Source: an uncultured Pseudobdellovibrionaceae bacterium (GTDB lineage: Bacteria; Pseudomonadota; Alphaproteobacteria; Micavibrionales; Micavibrionaceae). Taken from it: DNA of 64,000 nt. The position numbers and the translations under genes are program-made. The stretch spans positions 51,844 to 115,843 of the forward strand of contig CAYGSN010000004.1 in NCBI GenBank assembly GCA_964352675.1, written 5' to 3'. Below are positions 1-10,104 of this stretch, piece after piece; positions within the stretch are counted from its first letter, which is position 1, and every line of letters starts with the position of its first letter. The notes under the pieces were generated by a model. That model did not search any database. It saw only the letters and a program-made list of their open reading frames with translations, and was not told the origin of the DNA.

Positions 1-316
1 GACGATCGGGCTGGCGCACCGATGAAAATCCGTCGCCGCGATACGGATCATCCAGGAACATCAGCGGAATTTGATAGGCCTGGGCGATATGCCCGTCCTT
101 GACCGCGCCCAGATGCAGATGCGGGCAATAATCCAGCACCTCAAAAAATTCTTTTTCCACCGGAATATTCAGCTCCAGGTGATCCATATCCGCATATTCC
201 AGGCTCATCACCCCGCTCTGCGTATCGAACAAAATGCCGATGGCTTTCTGCATCAGATTTTCCGATGTGATCAGCCCGGCCTCACCTTTCTGCGTGAACA
301 GTAAATCAATATTCAT
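1..316 (-). CDS. hypothetical protein, N-terminal part only (gene continues past window start)
   Basis: Reverse-strand ATG at 316-314 opens an uninterrupted frame MNIDLLFTQKGEAGLITSENLMQKAIGILFDTQSG... down to position 1. It is missing from the ORF track only because no stop lies in the window. Divergent from the asnB-like gene. No motif recognised. Confidence 0.4.
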   Translation of the reverse strand, partial: MNIDLLFTQKGEAGLITSENLMQKAIGILFDTQSGVMSLEYADMDHLELNIPVEKEFFEVLDYCPHLHLGAVKDGHIAQAYQIPLMFLDDPYRGDGFSSVRQPDR

Positions 317-510
317 GGAGTGGATTTTATCCTCTTTATTGTTATATATTTGTAAGCTTAACATAGCTATTCAAGCCGTGCCATTACGTCCATCATTCCA
401 AAACAATAATTGCTTGATTTTATTTTTTCAGTAGGCGCGAGCGACGAAGAGTATAAACTAATACTTTGGGAGCGAAGCAACGCCCTGAAAAAATAAAAGG
501 AAGTAACTAT

Positions 511-2454
511 ATGTGCGGGCTCGCCGGATTTCTTGCTTTTGAGACAAGCCTTAAACGCTCCAATATGCATCAGATTGCGAAAAGCATGACCGATGCAATT
601 GTCCATCGTGGCCCGGACAGCCATGATATCTGGCAGGATGCGGATGTGGCGCTCGCGCTTGGTCACCGGCGACTGGCAATTTTGGATCTCAGCCCGGAAG
701 GGCACCAGCCCATGGCCTCCGAAACCGGGCGCTATATGATCGTCTATAACGGCGAGGTCTATAACCACCTGGAACTGCGGGCGGAGCTGGAAGGCGCGGG
801 AATACGTTTCCGCGGGCGCAGCGACACCGAAACCATCCTCGCGGCCTGCGAACATTGGGGCATCAACCGAAGCCTGCAAAAGCTCAATGGCATGTTCGCA
901 ATTGCGCTTTGGGATAAAAAAGACCGCGCGCTGCATCTTATTCGCGATCGATTGGGAAAAAAACCTCTTTATCTCGGGTGGTCGGGAAAGAGTTTTGTCT
1001 TCGCCTCCGAGCTCAAATCCTTTCATGCACATCCGGATTTTCAGCCCGAAATTGATAAACAAGCCTTTGGTATTTACATGCGATGCGGATATGTGACGGC
1101 CCCACACTGTATTTATAAAAATGTGTGGATTTTACCGGCCGGGCATCGCCTCACGATCGATTTGGCCGTAAATAGCCAAAAAATTGCGCCCGGTGATGAC
1201 CTGTCCGAAAACATGGAATCTTACTGGCATCATGGCCAGGTTTTACAAGCGGCGCAGGGCAATCCTTATGAGGGAAGCGAGAGTCAGGCCGTTGAAGAAT
1301 TTGAGAAATTACTCTCCACCTGCACACGCCAGCGCATGATCTCCGATGTACCGCTCGGTGCTTTTCTCTCCGGAGGGATTGACAGTTCCGCCATCGCTGC
1401 GATAATGCAACTTCACTCCCCAAACCCTATAAAAACCTACACAATCGGCTTTCACGAAGCGGGATTTAACGAGGCGGAGTACGCGAAAAAGGTTGCGGCG
1501 CATCTGGGAACCGATCATCACGAGCTCTACCTAAAACCCGGTCAAGCTCTTGATATCATTCCGACAATGCCTGATATATACGACGAACCTTTTGCAGATT
1601 TTTCCAGCATCCCGACTTTCCTTGTTTCCAAATTCGCGCGCCAGGATGTAACGGTGGCCCTGTCCGGTGATGGCGGCGATGAAATGCTCGGCGGCTATAA
1701 CCGTCACTTCATGGGGCCAAAAATCTGGAACAAAATCAAATACTTGCCACGCTCCGCCCGGCGCGCGCTGGCGGCCTCCATTCATGCCGTCTCGCAAGAA
1801 CGTTGGGACAAAACCCTGCCCGGGCGCCCGCAATTTGGCCGTGCGATGCATAAACTGGCTGATCTGCTGCCGATGCGCGGCCCGCATGAGATTTATGAGA
1901 GCCTCATAAACCATTGGGATCACCCGCCTTTTTCCTTTGATACCAAGCCCTTACCCCTGCTGCATGAAGACCACGGCGCGGTGGCGGGCCTCAATTTCGG
2001 TGAACAGATGATGCTCTGGGATACACTATCCTACCTGCCCAATGACATCCTCACCAAAGTTGACCGCGCCTCCATGGCTGTCTCGCTGGAAACCCGCGCG
2101 CCGCTGCTGGATTACCGGATTTTCGAATTTGCCTGGCGCTTACCGGAATCTTATAAGCTGCGGAATGGTAAGGGAAAATGGCTGCTGCGCCAAGTTCTGG
2201 GCCGTCATGTCCCACGCGAATTGTTCGAGCGCCCCAAACAAGGCTTTACCGTCCCTATCGGCGCATGGCTGCGTGGACCGCTACAGGATTGGGCCGAAGA
2301 TCTGCTCGGTGAGGATTCACTCAAAGCCCATGGCTTGCTGAATACGCATATGGTGCGCAGCCTGTGGGCCGCCCATAAACAGGGCAGCGCCGACCACACG
2401 ATGAAACTCTGGACCGCCCTGATGTTCCAGGCTTGGCACAGGCGATGGATGTGA
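511..2454 (+). CDS. asnB: asparagine synthase (glutamine-hydrolysing) family amidotransferase
   Basis: ORF 466..2454 opens at TTG. The internal ATG at 511 gives MCGLAGF..., and the Cys2 nucleophile of class II amidotransferases must follow the initiator Met. AAGGAAG lies 8 nt upstream. SGGIDSS PP-loop present. Full-length match in pattern to AsnB/WbpS-type enzymes. Confidence 0.9.
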   Translation: MCGLAGFLAFETSLKRSNMHQIAKSMTDAIVHRGPDSHDIWQDADVALALGHRRLAILDLSPEGHQPMASETGRYMIVYNGEVYNHLELRAELEGAGIRFRGRSDTETILAACEHWGINRSLQKLNGMFAIALWDKKDRALHLIRDRLGKKPLYLGWSGKSFVFASELKSFHAHPDFQPEIDKQAFGIYMRCGYVTAPHCIYKNVWILPAGHRLTIDLAVNSQKIAPGDDLSENMESYWHHGQVLQAAQGNPYEGSESQAVEEFEKLLSTCTRQRMISDVPLGAFLSGGIDSSAIAAIMQLHSPNPIKTYTIGFHEAGFNEAEYAKKVAAHLGTDHHELYLKPGQALDIIPTMPDIYDEPFADFSSIPTFLVSKFARQDVTVALSGDGGDEMLGGYNRHFMGPKIWNKIKYLPRSARRALAASIHAVSQERWDKTLPGRPQFGRAMHKLADLLPMRGPHEIYESLINHWDHPPFSFDTKPLPLLHEDHGAVAGLNFGEQMMLWDTLSYLPNDILTKVDRASMAVSLETRAPLLDYRIFEFAWRLPESYKLRNGKGKWLLRQVLGRHVPRELFERPKQGFTVPIGAWLRGPLQDWAEDLLGEDSLKAHGLLNTHMVRSLWAAHKQGSADHTMKLWTALMFQAWHRRWM

Positions 2455-2461
2455 TTAGACT

Positions 2462-3451
2462 ATGACTATGAGCATCGCCATCACAGGAGGAGCAGGTTTT
2501 ATCGGCAGCGTTTTGACGCGCCGCCTGGTTGATGCGGGCGAAGACGTACGCATCCTTGATATTCAAGCCTCCAAAGCCTTCCCCGATCTGCGCCGCGATA
2601 GCGATGTCACCGATGAAGCAGCGATGATCCGTGACCTCGAAGGTGTAGATGTGATTTACCATCTGGCCGCCGAGCACCGCGATGATGTGCAGCCCATCCA
2701 GAAATATTACGATGTGAATGTCGGCGGGGCGCAAAATGTTGTGGCTGCTGCCGAGGCGCACAATATCAACACGATTATTTTCACCAGCACAGTGGCCGTT
2801 TACGGGCTGGATGCCGGTGATCCGAAAACGGGATCAGTGGAAACAGATCCGGCCAATCCGTTTAATGATTACGGCCAGTCAAAGCTGGACAGTGAGAAGG
2901 TCTTCGAAGCCTGGGCGGCGAAAGATCCGAGACGCAAGCTGGTCACGCTGCGTCTGGTCGCTACATTCGGGCCGGATAATCGCGGCAATATTTATACGCT
3001 GATGGATCAAATCGCGCGCGGGAAATTCGTGATGGTCGGCAGCGGGCGCAATCATAAATCCATTGCCTATGTCGAAAATGTTGCAGCCTTTTTGCAGCAT
3101 TGCATGAGCCTGCCGCCCGGACTTCACACTTATAATTATGCCGATAAACCGGACCTGAACATGCGTGAAATGGTGGCCGATATCCGCTCTGCGCTTGGAC
3201 TGCCGGGGATGGGGCCACACGTGCCTTATGCGATTGGCCTGGCCGGCGGGATGACATTTGACGTCGCCGCGAAGCTGACAGGGCGCACATTCCCCATTAG
3301 TAAAATCCGCGTGCAGAAATTCTGCGCCAATACGATTGTGAATGCGGATAAGGTTCAAGAGACAGGGTTTCAAGCGCCGTACAGTTTGAGCGAGGGGCTG
3401 AAGACCATGATCGAGGCGGAATTCCCGACCGTTCAAAAAAACGCTGCATAA
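2462..3451 (+). CDS. NAD-dependent epimerase/dehydratase family protein
   Basis: N-terminal Rossmann motif ITGGAGFIGS. Length of 329 aa and layout are typical of the SDR sugar epimerase family. Its stop overlaps the next start (TAATG). Confidence 0.8.
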   Translation: MTMSIAITGGAGFIGSVLTRRLVDAGEDVRILDIQASKAFPDLRRDSDVTDEAAMIRDLEGVDVIYHLAAEHRDDVQPIQKYYDVNVGGAQNVVAAAEAHNINTIIFTSTVAVYGLDAGDPKTGSVETDPANPFNDYGQSKLDSEKVFEAWAAKDPRRKLVTLRLVATFGPDNRGNIYTLMDQIARGKFVMVGSGRNHKSIAYVENVAAFLQHCMSLPPGLHTYNYADKPDLNMREMVADIRSALGLPGMGPHVPYAIGLAGGMTFDVAAKLTGRTFPISKIRVQKFCANTIVNADKVQETGFQAPYSLSEGLKTMIEAEFPTVQKNAA

Positions 3452-4572
3452 TGTGCACGAAGCTTCTCTATATCATCAATCACATTGACTGGTTCTGGAG
3501 CCACCGCCTGCCGCTTGCCCAAGGCGCACAAAAAGACGGTTACGAGGTTTATGTTGCGGTTACAGACTCCACCAAAGATAAAAAACTGGCGCAGCAAAAC
3601 TTTACCGGGCTGGAGCTTCCGCCGTCTGATCAAGGCTTTACACCCTTAACCATTTTAAAAACCATCTGGGCGATGCACAAGCTGATGGCAGAGCAAAAAC
3701 CGGACATCGTCCATGCTATCACGCTGAAATACGCCTTTATGGCCGGGCTGGCCGCGCGCTCGCATCCGCATATCAAAATCGTACACACGATTGCCGGGCT
3801 GGGATATCTTTTTTCCGGCGAAGGCATGAAGCCAAAGATATTGCGCACACTCATCGGTCCTTTTTTAAAGCTGGCGCTTAAGGGCTGCAACACAGAGCTG
3901 ATTTTTCAAAACCCGGATGATATGAGCTTGCTGATTTCACGCGAATTTGCCCGTAAAGAACAATGTCATCTGATCCGTGGTTCCGGCGTGGATGTGCAGC
4001 AATTTGCGCCAACAGAAGGCGCAGAAGAAACCCCGCCGCTTGTCGTCATGCCGACGCGCCTTGTGCATGATAAGGGCGTAGCCGTGTTCGTGGAGGCCGC
4101 ACGCCTCTTAAAATCGCGCGGCGTTAATGCCCACTTCCAAATCGCCGGCGGCATCACCACCAATAACCCGCTGGCGATTTCACAAAAAGACATGGAAGAA
4201 ATGGTCGCCGATGGCGCGGCGCAGTGGCTGGGAAAAGTTTCTGACATGCCGGATCTGCTCGGCCGGGCCAGCCTTATTGCCTATCCATCTTATTACCGCG
4301 AGGGCATCCCCAAAGTTCTGCTGGAGGCCTGCGCCATGGGCAAGGCGATCATCACCACGGATCATCCCGGATGCCGTGAAGCCGTGGCACATAATGATAA
4401 TGGTCTTCTGGTCCCTATCAAAAATGCTGCGGCTCTTGCCGATGCCATTGCAGAGTTACTGCAGGATAACCAGCGCCGCAACAAAATGGGCCGGCGCAGC
4501 CGTCAGCGCGCGGAAGCAGAATTTGATGTCAGGCTGATCGTTGAAAAAACGCTAGAGGTTTATAAAGATTAA
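3451..4572 (+). CDS. glycosyltransferase family 4 (GT-B, group 1)
   Basis: 373 aa. C-terminal GT1 signature region PSYYREGIPKVLLEACAMGKAIITTD...NGLLV. Translationally coupled to the epimerase. Confidence 0.8.
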   Translation: MCTKLLYIINHIDWFWSHRLPLAQGAQKDGYEVYVAVTDSTKDKKLAQQNFTGLELPPSDQGFTPLTILKTIWAMHKLMAEQKPDIVHAITLKYAFMAGLAARSHPHIKIVHTIAGLGYLFSGEGMKPKILRTLIGPFLKLALKGCNTELIFQNPDDMSLLISREFARKEQCHLIRGSGVDVQQFAPTEGAEETPPLVVMPTRLVHDKGVAVFVEAARLLKSRGVNAHFQIAGGITTNNPLAISQKDMEEMVADGAAQWLGKVSDMPDLLGRASLIAYPSYYREGIPKVLLEACAMGKAIITTDHPGCREAVAHNDNGLLVPIKNAAALADAIAELLQDNQRRNKMGRRSRQRAEAEFDVRLIVEKTLEVYKD

Positions 4573-5270
4573 TTTCTGCGCGGATCGAAACGATTATTAT
4601 CAGCATCAGAACCTGTGATACGTAGAGCCTGCATAACATAATAATAGTTTTCTTTTATTGTTTCATCATCAGGATACGCTGCATACGCAATTTCTATATG
4701 CGATCTTGCCTTGTCAAATTTATCGCACATACAATAAATAGTAGCCAGATTAGCGTGTAAAAAAGGATCGCTTTTTTGATTCAGAGCCCGCTTTAAAATC
4801 TCTATGGCTTCATCGGTACGACCCAACCGCGCATAGCAATTTGCCGCATTCCCATACACATCAATATCATCATGCTCACAATCGGAAATTGATTCATAAA
4901 TCCGCACACCGGACTCAAAATCCTCCATCAGAACCGCACTCATAATATACGCCGAATAAGTAACGGATGCAGGGTCGATCGAGACAGCCGTTTCAAAATG
5001 TTTTCGAGCGTCTTCAGGACGATTTGAAAACATGAGAGTTTTTGCCAGATCATCATGGGCCTGCGCACTCATTGGCTCAATATCGACCCTTTTTTGTGCG
5101 TAAGAAAGGGCCTGATCCACACGCCCCAATCTCATAAATTGATATATTAACTCAGGATAAGGCTCCATATCTCGCGGATTTTTTTTAATCTGACTTTCCA
5201 GATCCTGAATACGCTTTTCACGCCCAGGACCAGTCGCATTTTCTTCCCATTGCTCATAAATATCTGACAT
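4569..5270 (-). CDS. tetratricopeptide (TPR) repeat protein
   Basis: 233 aa of repeated A/Y/L-patterned 34-residue helices, e.g. ANCYARLGRTDEAIEILKRAL and LATIYCMCDKFDKARSHIEIA. Visibly AT-richer than its neighbours. Its stop overlaps the GT4 stop (TTAA). Confidence 0.7.
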   Translation of the reverse strand: MSDIYEQWEENATGPGREKRIQDLESQIKKNPRDMEPYPELIYQFMRLGRVDQALSYAQKRVDIEPMSAQAHDDLAKTLMFSNRPEDARKHFETAVSIDPASVTYSAYIMSAVLMEDFESGVRIYESISDCEHDDIDVYGNAANCYARLGRTDEAIEILKRALNQKSDPFLHANLATIYCMCDKFDKARSHIEIAYAAYPDDETIKENYYYVMQALRITGSDADNNRFDPRRN

Positions 5271-5354
5271 ATAAAACCTCTGTATTTTTACAGAGGTTTA
5301 CAGCAAGTTATTAAATATGTCAATTTTTTATTGGTAAAATAAAGTCAACAAGCC

Positions 5355-6182
5355 CTAGAATGTGAACTGCTTCTCAACCGCATCCAGGCCCGCTTTGACC
5401 AGCACGTGGATTGGCCCACCCTGAAACTCTGCTGCCACATCCTGCGTCTTGGGAATTTTCACCGTTGCCTGGCGCTTATCGTTTTCATCAATCGTAACGT
5501 GCGGCAGTGCCGTCAAGCCTGCATCCCCGGCCGTCACAAAAACATCAAAGCTCTCAAACCCGCCTTGAGAAAACACCCGCAGGACCATGCCATCCGGGCC
5601 GCTGACGATCGTATTGATTTTTAATCCGGGCAAATCCTCCGGAGATGGCAAACGCCGCTTTGCCAATTCGATCTGCGCCCTGTTTTCGTGGGCCTGTTCT
5701 TCATCCAGATCAGCCGGCGCAGCCGATAACACGAAAGTCTGCGGAATACAGATATCCTTGCAGACCATGATATCCAGCTTCAATGCGATTTTGCTGGCCA
5801 GGCCGTTATCGGGAACCTTGATCTTTAAAGGCAGGGCCGCACGGCTCTTGTAACCAAAGGTCTGGAATCCAGACTCATCAAAACGATGTGGCACAGGCCA
5901 GAACACCGTGACTTCACCAATATTTTCAGACCCACTCCAGTCAAAGCGCGGGGGCAATCCGGCATCACCCGGCACACGCCAGTATGTGTGCCAGCCTTTG
6001 GTCAATTCCATCTCGAGAACAGCCTCAACCTCACCCTGCACGGCTGGGGCAGAAAGCAACCGTGCACGCACATAATCCGTACGTTCCCAGTCTTGTCCGG
6101 CCTGCGCCCCTCCGGACACAGCCAATACCAATGCGAATAAGACGCACACCGCTATTTTTGAGACAAAAGTCATAATCTTCAC
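5355..6182 (-). CDS. DsbD N-terminal-domain-like (DsbC/ScsB-type) periplasmic thiol-disulfide protein
   Basis: Signal peptide MKIMTFVSKIAVCVLFALVLAVSGGAQA. YWRVPGDAGLPPRFDWS and CKDICIP motifs are characteristic of the DsbD-alpha-like family. The first codon is GTG with GAGGAG upstream. Confidence 0.65.
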   Translation of the reverse strand: MKIMTFVSKIAVCVLFALVLAVSGGAQAGQDWERTDYVRARLLSAPAVQGEVEAVLEMELTKGWHTYWRVPGDAGLPPRFDWSGSENIGEVTVFWPVPHRFDESGFQTFGYKSRAALPLKIKVPDNGLASKIALKLDIMVCKDICIPQTFVLSAAPADLDEEQAHENRAQIELAKRRLPSPEDLPGLKINTIVSGPDGMVLRVFSQGGFESFDVFVTAGDAGLTALPHVTIDENDKRQATVKIPKTQDVAAEFQGGPIHVLVKAGLDAVEKQFTF

Positions 6183-6239
6183 AATACCGCTCCTCTTGAT
6201 TTATTCCTTCATTATAAAGCACAATGTGAGGGAAATACC

Positions 6240-6842
6240 ATGAGCGATAAAAAGAAAACGACAAACGGCGGCAAAGACGCCTATTTGACAGGAAAGCTGC
6301 TTCTGGCAATGCCGGCCATGGGCGATCCGCGCTTTCACCGTGCCGTTATTTTTATGTGCGCTCATAGCGAAGACGGCGCGATGGGGCTGGTCATCAATCA
6401 CGGATTGCCTGGCGTGGAGTTGGAACAGCTTTTGGAGCAACTCGGCATGACGTCGGATATTCAGATTGATTTAAAACAGCTGTCCTTGCCCTTGCTGGCG
6501 GGTGGCCCTGTGGATTCGGTGCGCGGGTTCCTGCTGCATAGCGGAGAGTTTAGCCAGGCCGATACAGTTAAAATCAACGAGTTCTATAGCATCACCGGAA
6601 CGATTGAAGCCCTGCGGGATGTCGCGCGCGGCAACGGGCCCGAAAATGTTTTGTTTATTCTTGGTTATGCCGGATGGGGGCCAGGACAATTGGAGCATGA
6701 ACTGCAGGACAATGCGTGGCTGGTTACCGAGCCGGATTCAAAAATCATTTTCGGCATACCCAATGACGAAAAATGGGAAAAGGCCGTGCAGAAACTCGGC
6801 TTTGAGCCGGGCATGCTTTCCGGCGCGGCTGGACACGCTTAG
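6240..6842 (+). CDS. YqgE/AlgH family protein (UPF0301)
   Basis: LLLAMPAMGDPRFHRAVIFMCAHSEDGAMGLVINH and GYAGWGPGQLEHE are the family hallmarks. Confidence 0.85.
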   Translation: MSDKKKTTNGGKDAYLTGKLLLAMPAMGDPRFHRAVIFMCAHSEDGAMGLVINHGLPGVELEQLLEQLGMTSDIQIDLKQLSLPLLAGGPVDSVRGFLLHSGEFSQADTVKINEFYSITGTIEALRDVARGNGPENVLFILGYAGWGPGQLEHELQDNAWLVTEPDSKIIFGIPNDEKWEKAVQKLGFEPGMLSGAAGHA

Positions 6843-6939
6843 AAGAAATAAACCCCTTTGGTGAATACGGTTTTCAATGTATCCTATTGCTCAGATGCAT
6901 TTCTTGTATCTGTCTATCATGCACAAAAAGGAAGTAACG

Positions 6940-7314
6940 ATGGCCGCACCAGAAAACAATACCGGTTTAAAACGTATTTACAACGCTTTCTTTTTTTCCA
7001 TGCACGGATTCAAGGCATGCTTCCGCACCGAAGAAGCCTTCCGCCAGGAAGTCTATCTGGCGCTAGTCATGATCCCGCTCAGTTTTTTTCTCAGCGACAC
7101 TGTGATTGAAAATGTATTGTTGTTGGGTGTTATCGCTCTTGTCCTGATCGTTGAAATTCTTAACACCGCAGTCGAGCGCGCGATTGACCGCATATCATTT
7201 GAAAAACACGAACTCTCTAAAGAAGCCAAAGACATGGGATCCGCCGCAGTATTCATTGCCCTTGTGCTGGCCGGCGTTGTCTGGGCGATGATATTGCTGC
7301 CGAAAATTCTTTAG
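6940..7314 (+). CDS. dgkA: diacylglycerol kinase
   Basis: Motifs FRQEV, VEILNTAVERAIDRIS and KDMGSAAVF. Three TM helices. I prefer the ATG at 6940 (GGAAG 6 nt upstream) over the ORF-track start at 6877. Confidence 0.85.
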   Translation: MAAPENNTGLKRIYNAFFFSMHGFKACFRTEEAFRQEVYLALVMIPLSFFLSDTVIENVLLLGVIALVLIVEILNTAVERAIDRISFEKHELSKEAKDMGSAAVFIALVLAGVVWAMILLPKIL

Positions 7315-7324
7315 GCCGTATTAT

Positions 7325-8587
7325 TTAAGCAGCCAGACGCTCCGAAATTTTCTCGTAAGACTCCATTTTCGAAAGCGGTCCCAGAGCCGCAACAGTCGGC
7401 TTGCCGCGGAAAATCTTTTGCGCAACATTTAGAATTTTTTGTACATCTATCGCATCAATCTTTTGTACCATTGCCTGTACATCCAAAACTTTGTCCCGGA
7501 ATATCAGATGCTTGGCTTGCTGATCCGCACGGCTCATCATTGATTCCCGGCCCATCAACATATTGGATCTCAACTGCGCCTTGGCACGTTCAATTTCCTG
7601 CTCATTTACCTCGCGCGTGATTTTCAAAACCTCATCACACACCACGGGAATGAGCTCTGGCAAATCATTCGGCCCTGTTCCTGCATAGATGCCAAACTGC
7701 CCATCATCTGCATAGCCGGAATGATATGAGAATACGGAATAGACCAGCCCACGCTTTTCCCGCACCTCCTGGAACAGGCGCGAAGACATGCCGCCGCCCA
7801 GAATGGTGGATAGCGCCTGCGCGGTATAATAATCCTCATCCAGACGCGAAATCCCCTGAAACCCAATAACAACATGGCTTTGTTCCAGATCTTTCTGCAG
7901 CCGATCCTCCCCACCTTTATAATTCGCCGCTTTTCTGCGCGCAGCATTCTGAGCAGGAAAAGCAAGAAAGACTTCGTGCGCCTTTGCTACAAATTCATCA
8001 TGATCGACATTTCCAGCCGCAGAGATCACTGTGTTTTCAGGAGAATAAAACTCGCTGACATAGTTCATCAAAGTCTCACGCTCCATGTTTTGAATAATGT
8101 CAGCCCGGCCCAAAATCGGTGCGCCGAAAGCCTGATCGGGATAAGCGACTTCGTAATAATTGTCGAACACCAGATCATCCGGCGTGTCGTGGCACATGCC
8201 AATTTCCTGCAGGATCACATGGCGCTCGCGCTCCACCTCCTCTTTCGGCATAACGGAGTTCTGGTACATATCGGCCAGAACCTCTAGCCCCAGCGCAGTA
8301 TCTTCCTTAAGCAAATGGATGTGATAGCTGGTCAGCTCGCGGCTGGTATAAGCATTCATGCTGCCGCCTACATTCTCAATCACTTCAGCAATCTGCGGGG
8401 CGCTGCGGGTTTTCGTCCCTTTGAACAACATATGCTCCACCATATGCGCCGCCCCATTATGCGACAGGTTTTCATTGCGCGTTCCTACGCCAACCCAGAT
8501 GCCGATCGCGGCCGTATCCACCGAGGGCACATGATCGGTAATCACGCGCAAACCATTATCGAGGATTGTGATTTTTATGTCTGACAT
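7325..8587 (-). CDS. M16 family zinc peptidase (pitrilysin / processing-peptidase-like)
   Basis: Inverted zinc motif HMVEHMLFKGT (HxxEH). About 420 aa. I chose the ATG at 8587 (MSDIKITILDNG), 4 nt after the thrC stop. The longer ORF-track start would overlap thrC. Confidence 0.85.
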   Translation of the reverse strand: MSDIKITILDNGLRVITDHVPSVDTAAIGIWVGVGTRNENLSHNGAAHMVEHMLFKGTKTRSAPQIAEVIENVGGSMNAYTSRELTSYHIHLLKEDTALGLEVLADMYQNSVMPKEEVERERHVILQEIGMCHDTPDDLVFDNYYEVAYPDQAFGAPILGRADIIQNMERETLMNYVSEFYSPENTVISAAGNVDHDEFVAKAHEVFLAFPAQNAARRKAANYKGGEDRLQKDLEQSHVVIGFQGISRLDEDYYTAQALSTILGGGMSSRLFQEVREKRGLVYSVFSYHSGYADDGQFGIYAGTGPNDLPELIPVVCDEVLKITREVNEQEIERAKAQLRSNMLMGRESMMSRADQQAKHLIFRDKVLDVQAMVQKIDAIDVQKILNVAQKIFRGKPTVAALGPLSKMESYEKISERLAA

Positions 8588-8591
8588 TGCT

Positions 8592-9983
8592 TTATCTCTC
8601 CAAAATATAGGCGCGTATGGCGCTTTGAACCGCTTGTAAATCATTGGGTAAAATATCGAACTGCTCTTTGCGTTCCATCAAATCGCCTAAATGATCCGGC
8701 AGGGCCGGACGCTGGCCGATGGCTTTTTCGACCGCATCGGGAAATTTCGCCGGGTGAGCCGTGGCCAGCGTAATAACCGTGCCGTGCCCGCCTTCGGATT
8801 CAAGCTGGCGCGCTGCATGCATCCCCACCGCGCTGTGTGGATCGAGGGTGTACTGGTTTTCCTCGTAAACCGCCTTGATTGTCGCCAACGTTTCTTCTTC
8901 GGAACTTCTAAATGCCTTAAACCACTTTTTTGCATTATGTAAAATTAAAGGTGGGGTAGTAGCAATTCGATTGTTTGAAAATTCCTGCATAAACCCCTTC
9001 AGCGCCTCCGCATCTCTTCCCAGCGCATCGAACAGATAGCGCTCGAAATTGCTGGAGATCTGGATGTCCATGGACGGGCTCATGGTCGGCTGAACCTCTG
9101 CCGTGCGCATCTCACCGGTTTCAAGAAACCGCGTCAGAATATCATTGCGGTTCGTGGCAATCGCGAGCGTTTTGATCGGTAGTCCCATCTGCCGCGCGCA
9201 ATAGGCGGCAAACACATTTCCGAAATTTCCGGTCGGCACAACAAAGGACACATCGCCATCCACCTGCAGCACCGCATGCACGTAATAGACAATCTGCGCC
9301 ATGATGCGCGCCCAGTTAATCGAATTCACCGCCGATAAATTCATCTCTGTGCGGAACGGCGCATCATTAAACATCGCCTTGACCAGATTTTGGCAATCAT
9401 CAAACGTGCCATCGAGCGCAATATTATGCACGTTGGGCGCATCCACCGTGGTCATCTGCCGGCGCTGTACGTCCGATACGCGCCCCTTCGGATGCAGGAT
9501 AAAAATTTCTACCCGGTCCGAATGGCGGCAACCCTCAATCGCCGCCGAGCCCGTATCGCCGGAAGTCGCGCCGATGATCGTCACACGCTCATCACGTTTG
9601 GTTAGAACATGATCAAATAACCGCCCGAGAAGTTGCAGCGCCACATCCTTGAACGCCAGCGTCGGGCCGTGGAACTGCTCCATCACATAAAGGTCATTCG
9701 AGAGCTTATGCAGCGGCAGCGGCGGATCATGGCGGAAAATATCCGGCCCGTATGCCTCCTCTAAAATCGTACGAAACGCATCGCGCTCAATGCATCCTTC
9801 CACGAAGGGAAACATCACCGCCTCGGCCACATCAATATAGGATTTGCCCCTCAGCGCCGCCAGATCAAGCGCTGGCCAGCTTTCAGGTACATACAACCCG
9901 CCATCAGGCGCCAGCCCGGCCAACAAGACCTGCTCAAATGTTTGGGGGTTACCCCCGCCGCGCGTGGAAATATAGTTGATCAT
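8592..9983 (-). CDS. thrC: threonine synthase
   Basis: 463 aa. MINYISTRGG N-terminus. PLP-lysine region HGPTLAFKDVALQ. Typical long-form ThrC. Confidence 0.9.
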   Translation of the reverse strand: MINYISTRGGGNPQTFEQVLLAGLAPDGGLYVPESWPALDLAALRGKSYIDVAEAVMFPFVEGCIERDAFRTILEEAYGPDIFRHDPPLPLHKLSNDLYVMEQFHGPTLAFKDVALQLLGRLFDHVLTKRDERVTIIGATSGDTGSAAIEGCRHSDRVEIFILHPKGRVSDVQRRQMTTVDAPNVHNIALDGTFDDCQNLVKAMFNDAPFRTEMNLSAVNSINWARIMAQIVYYVHAVLQVDGDVSFVVPTGNFGNVFAAYCARQMGLPIKTLAIATNRNDILTRFLETGEMRTAEVQPTMSPSMDIQISSNFERYLFDALGRDAEALKGFMQEFSNNRIATTPPLILHNAKKWFKAFRSSEEETLATIKAVYEENQYTLDPHSAVGMHAARQLESEGGHGTVITLATAHPAKFPDAVEKAIGQRPALPDHLGDLMERKEQFDILPNDLQAVQSAIRAYILER

Positions 9984-10104
9984 ACCGCTCTCTTTTTAAA
10001 GCTCCACAAGCTTTATAGCGCATTCTTTACAAAATCTTAAGCTTATTTTCGTATGATAAGCGGATAAAAAACTTAAAAAAACAAGGCAATAGAGGGTAAT
10101 AGGC

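Noticed and set aside
466-510. 15-codon N-terminal extension of the asnB-like ORF (TTG start)
   Set aside because: Class II amidotransferases need Cys as residue 2 after Met removal. The ATG at 511 gives MCGL and has its own Shine-Dalgarno sequence.
367-1107. 246-aa reverse-strand ORF
   Set aside because: Antisense to the N-terminal amidotransferase domain of the asnB-like gene, so a shadow ORF.
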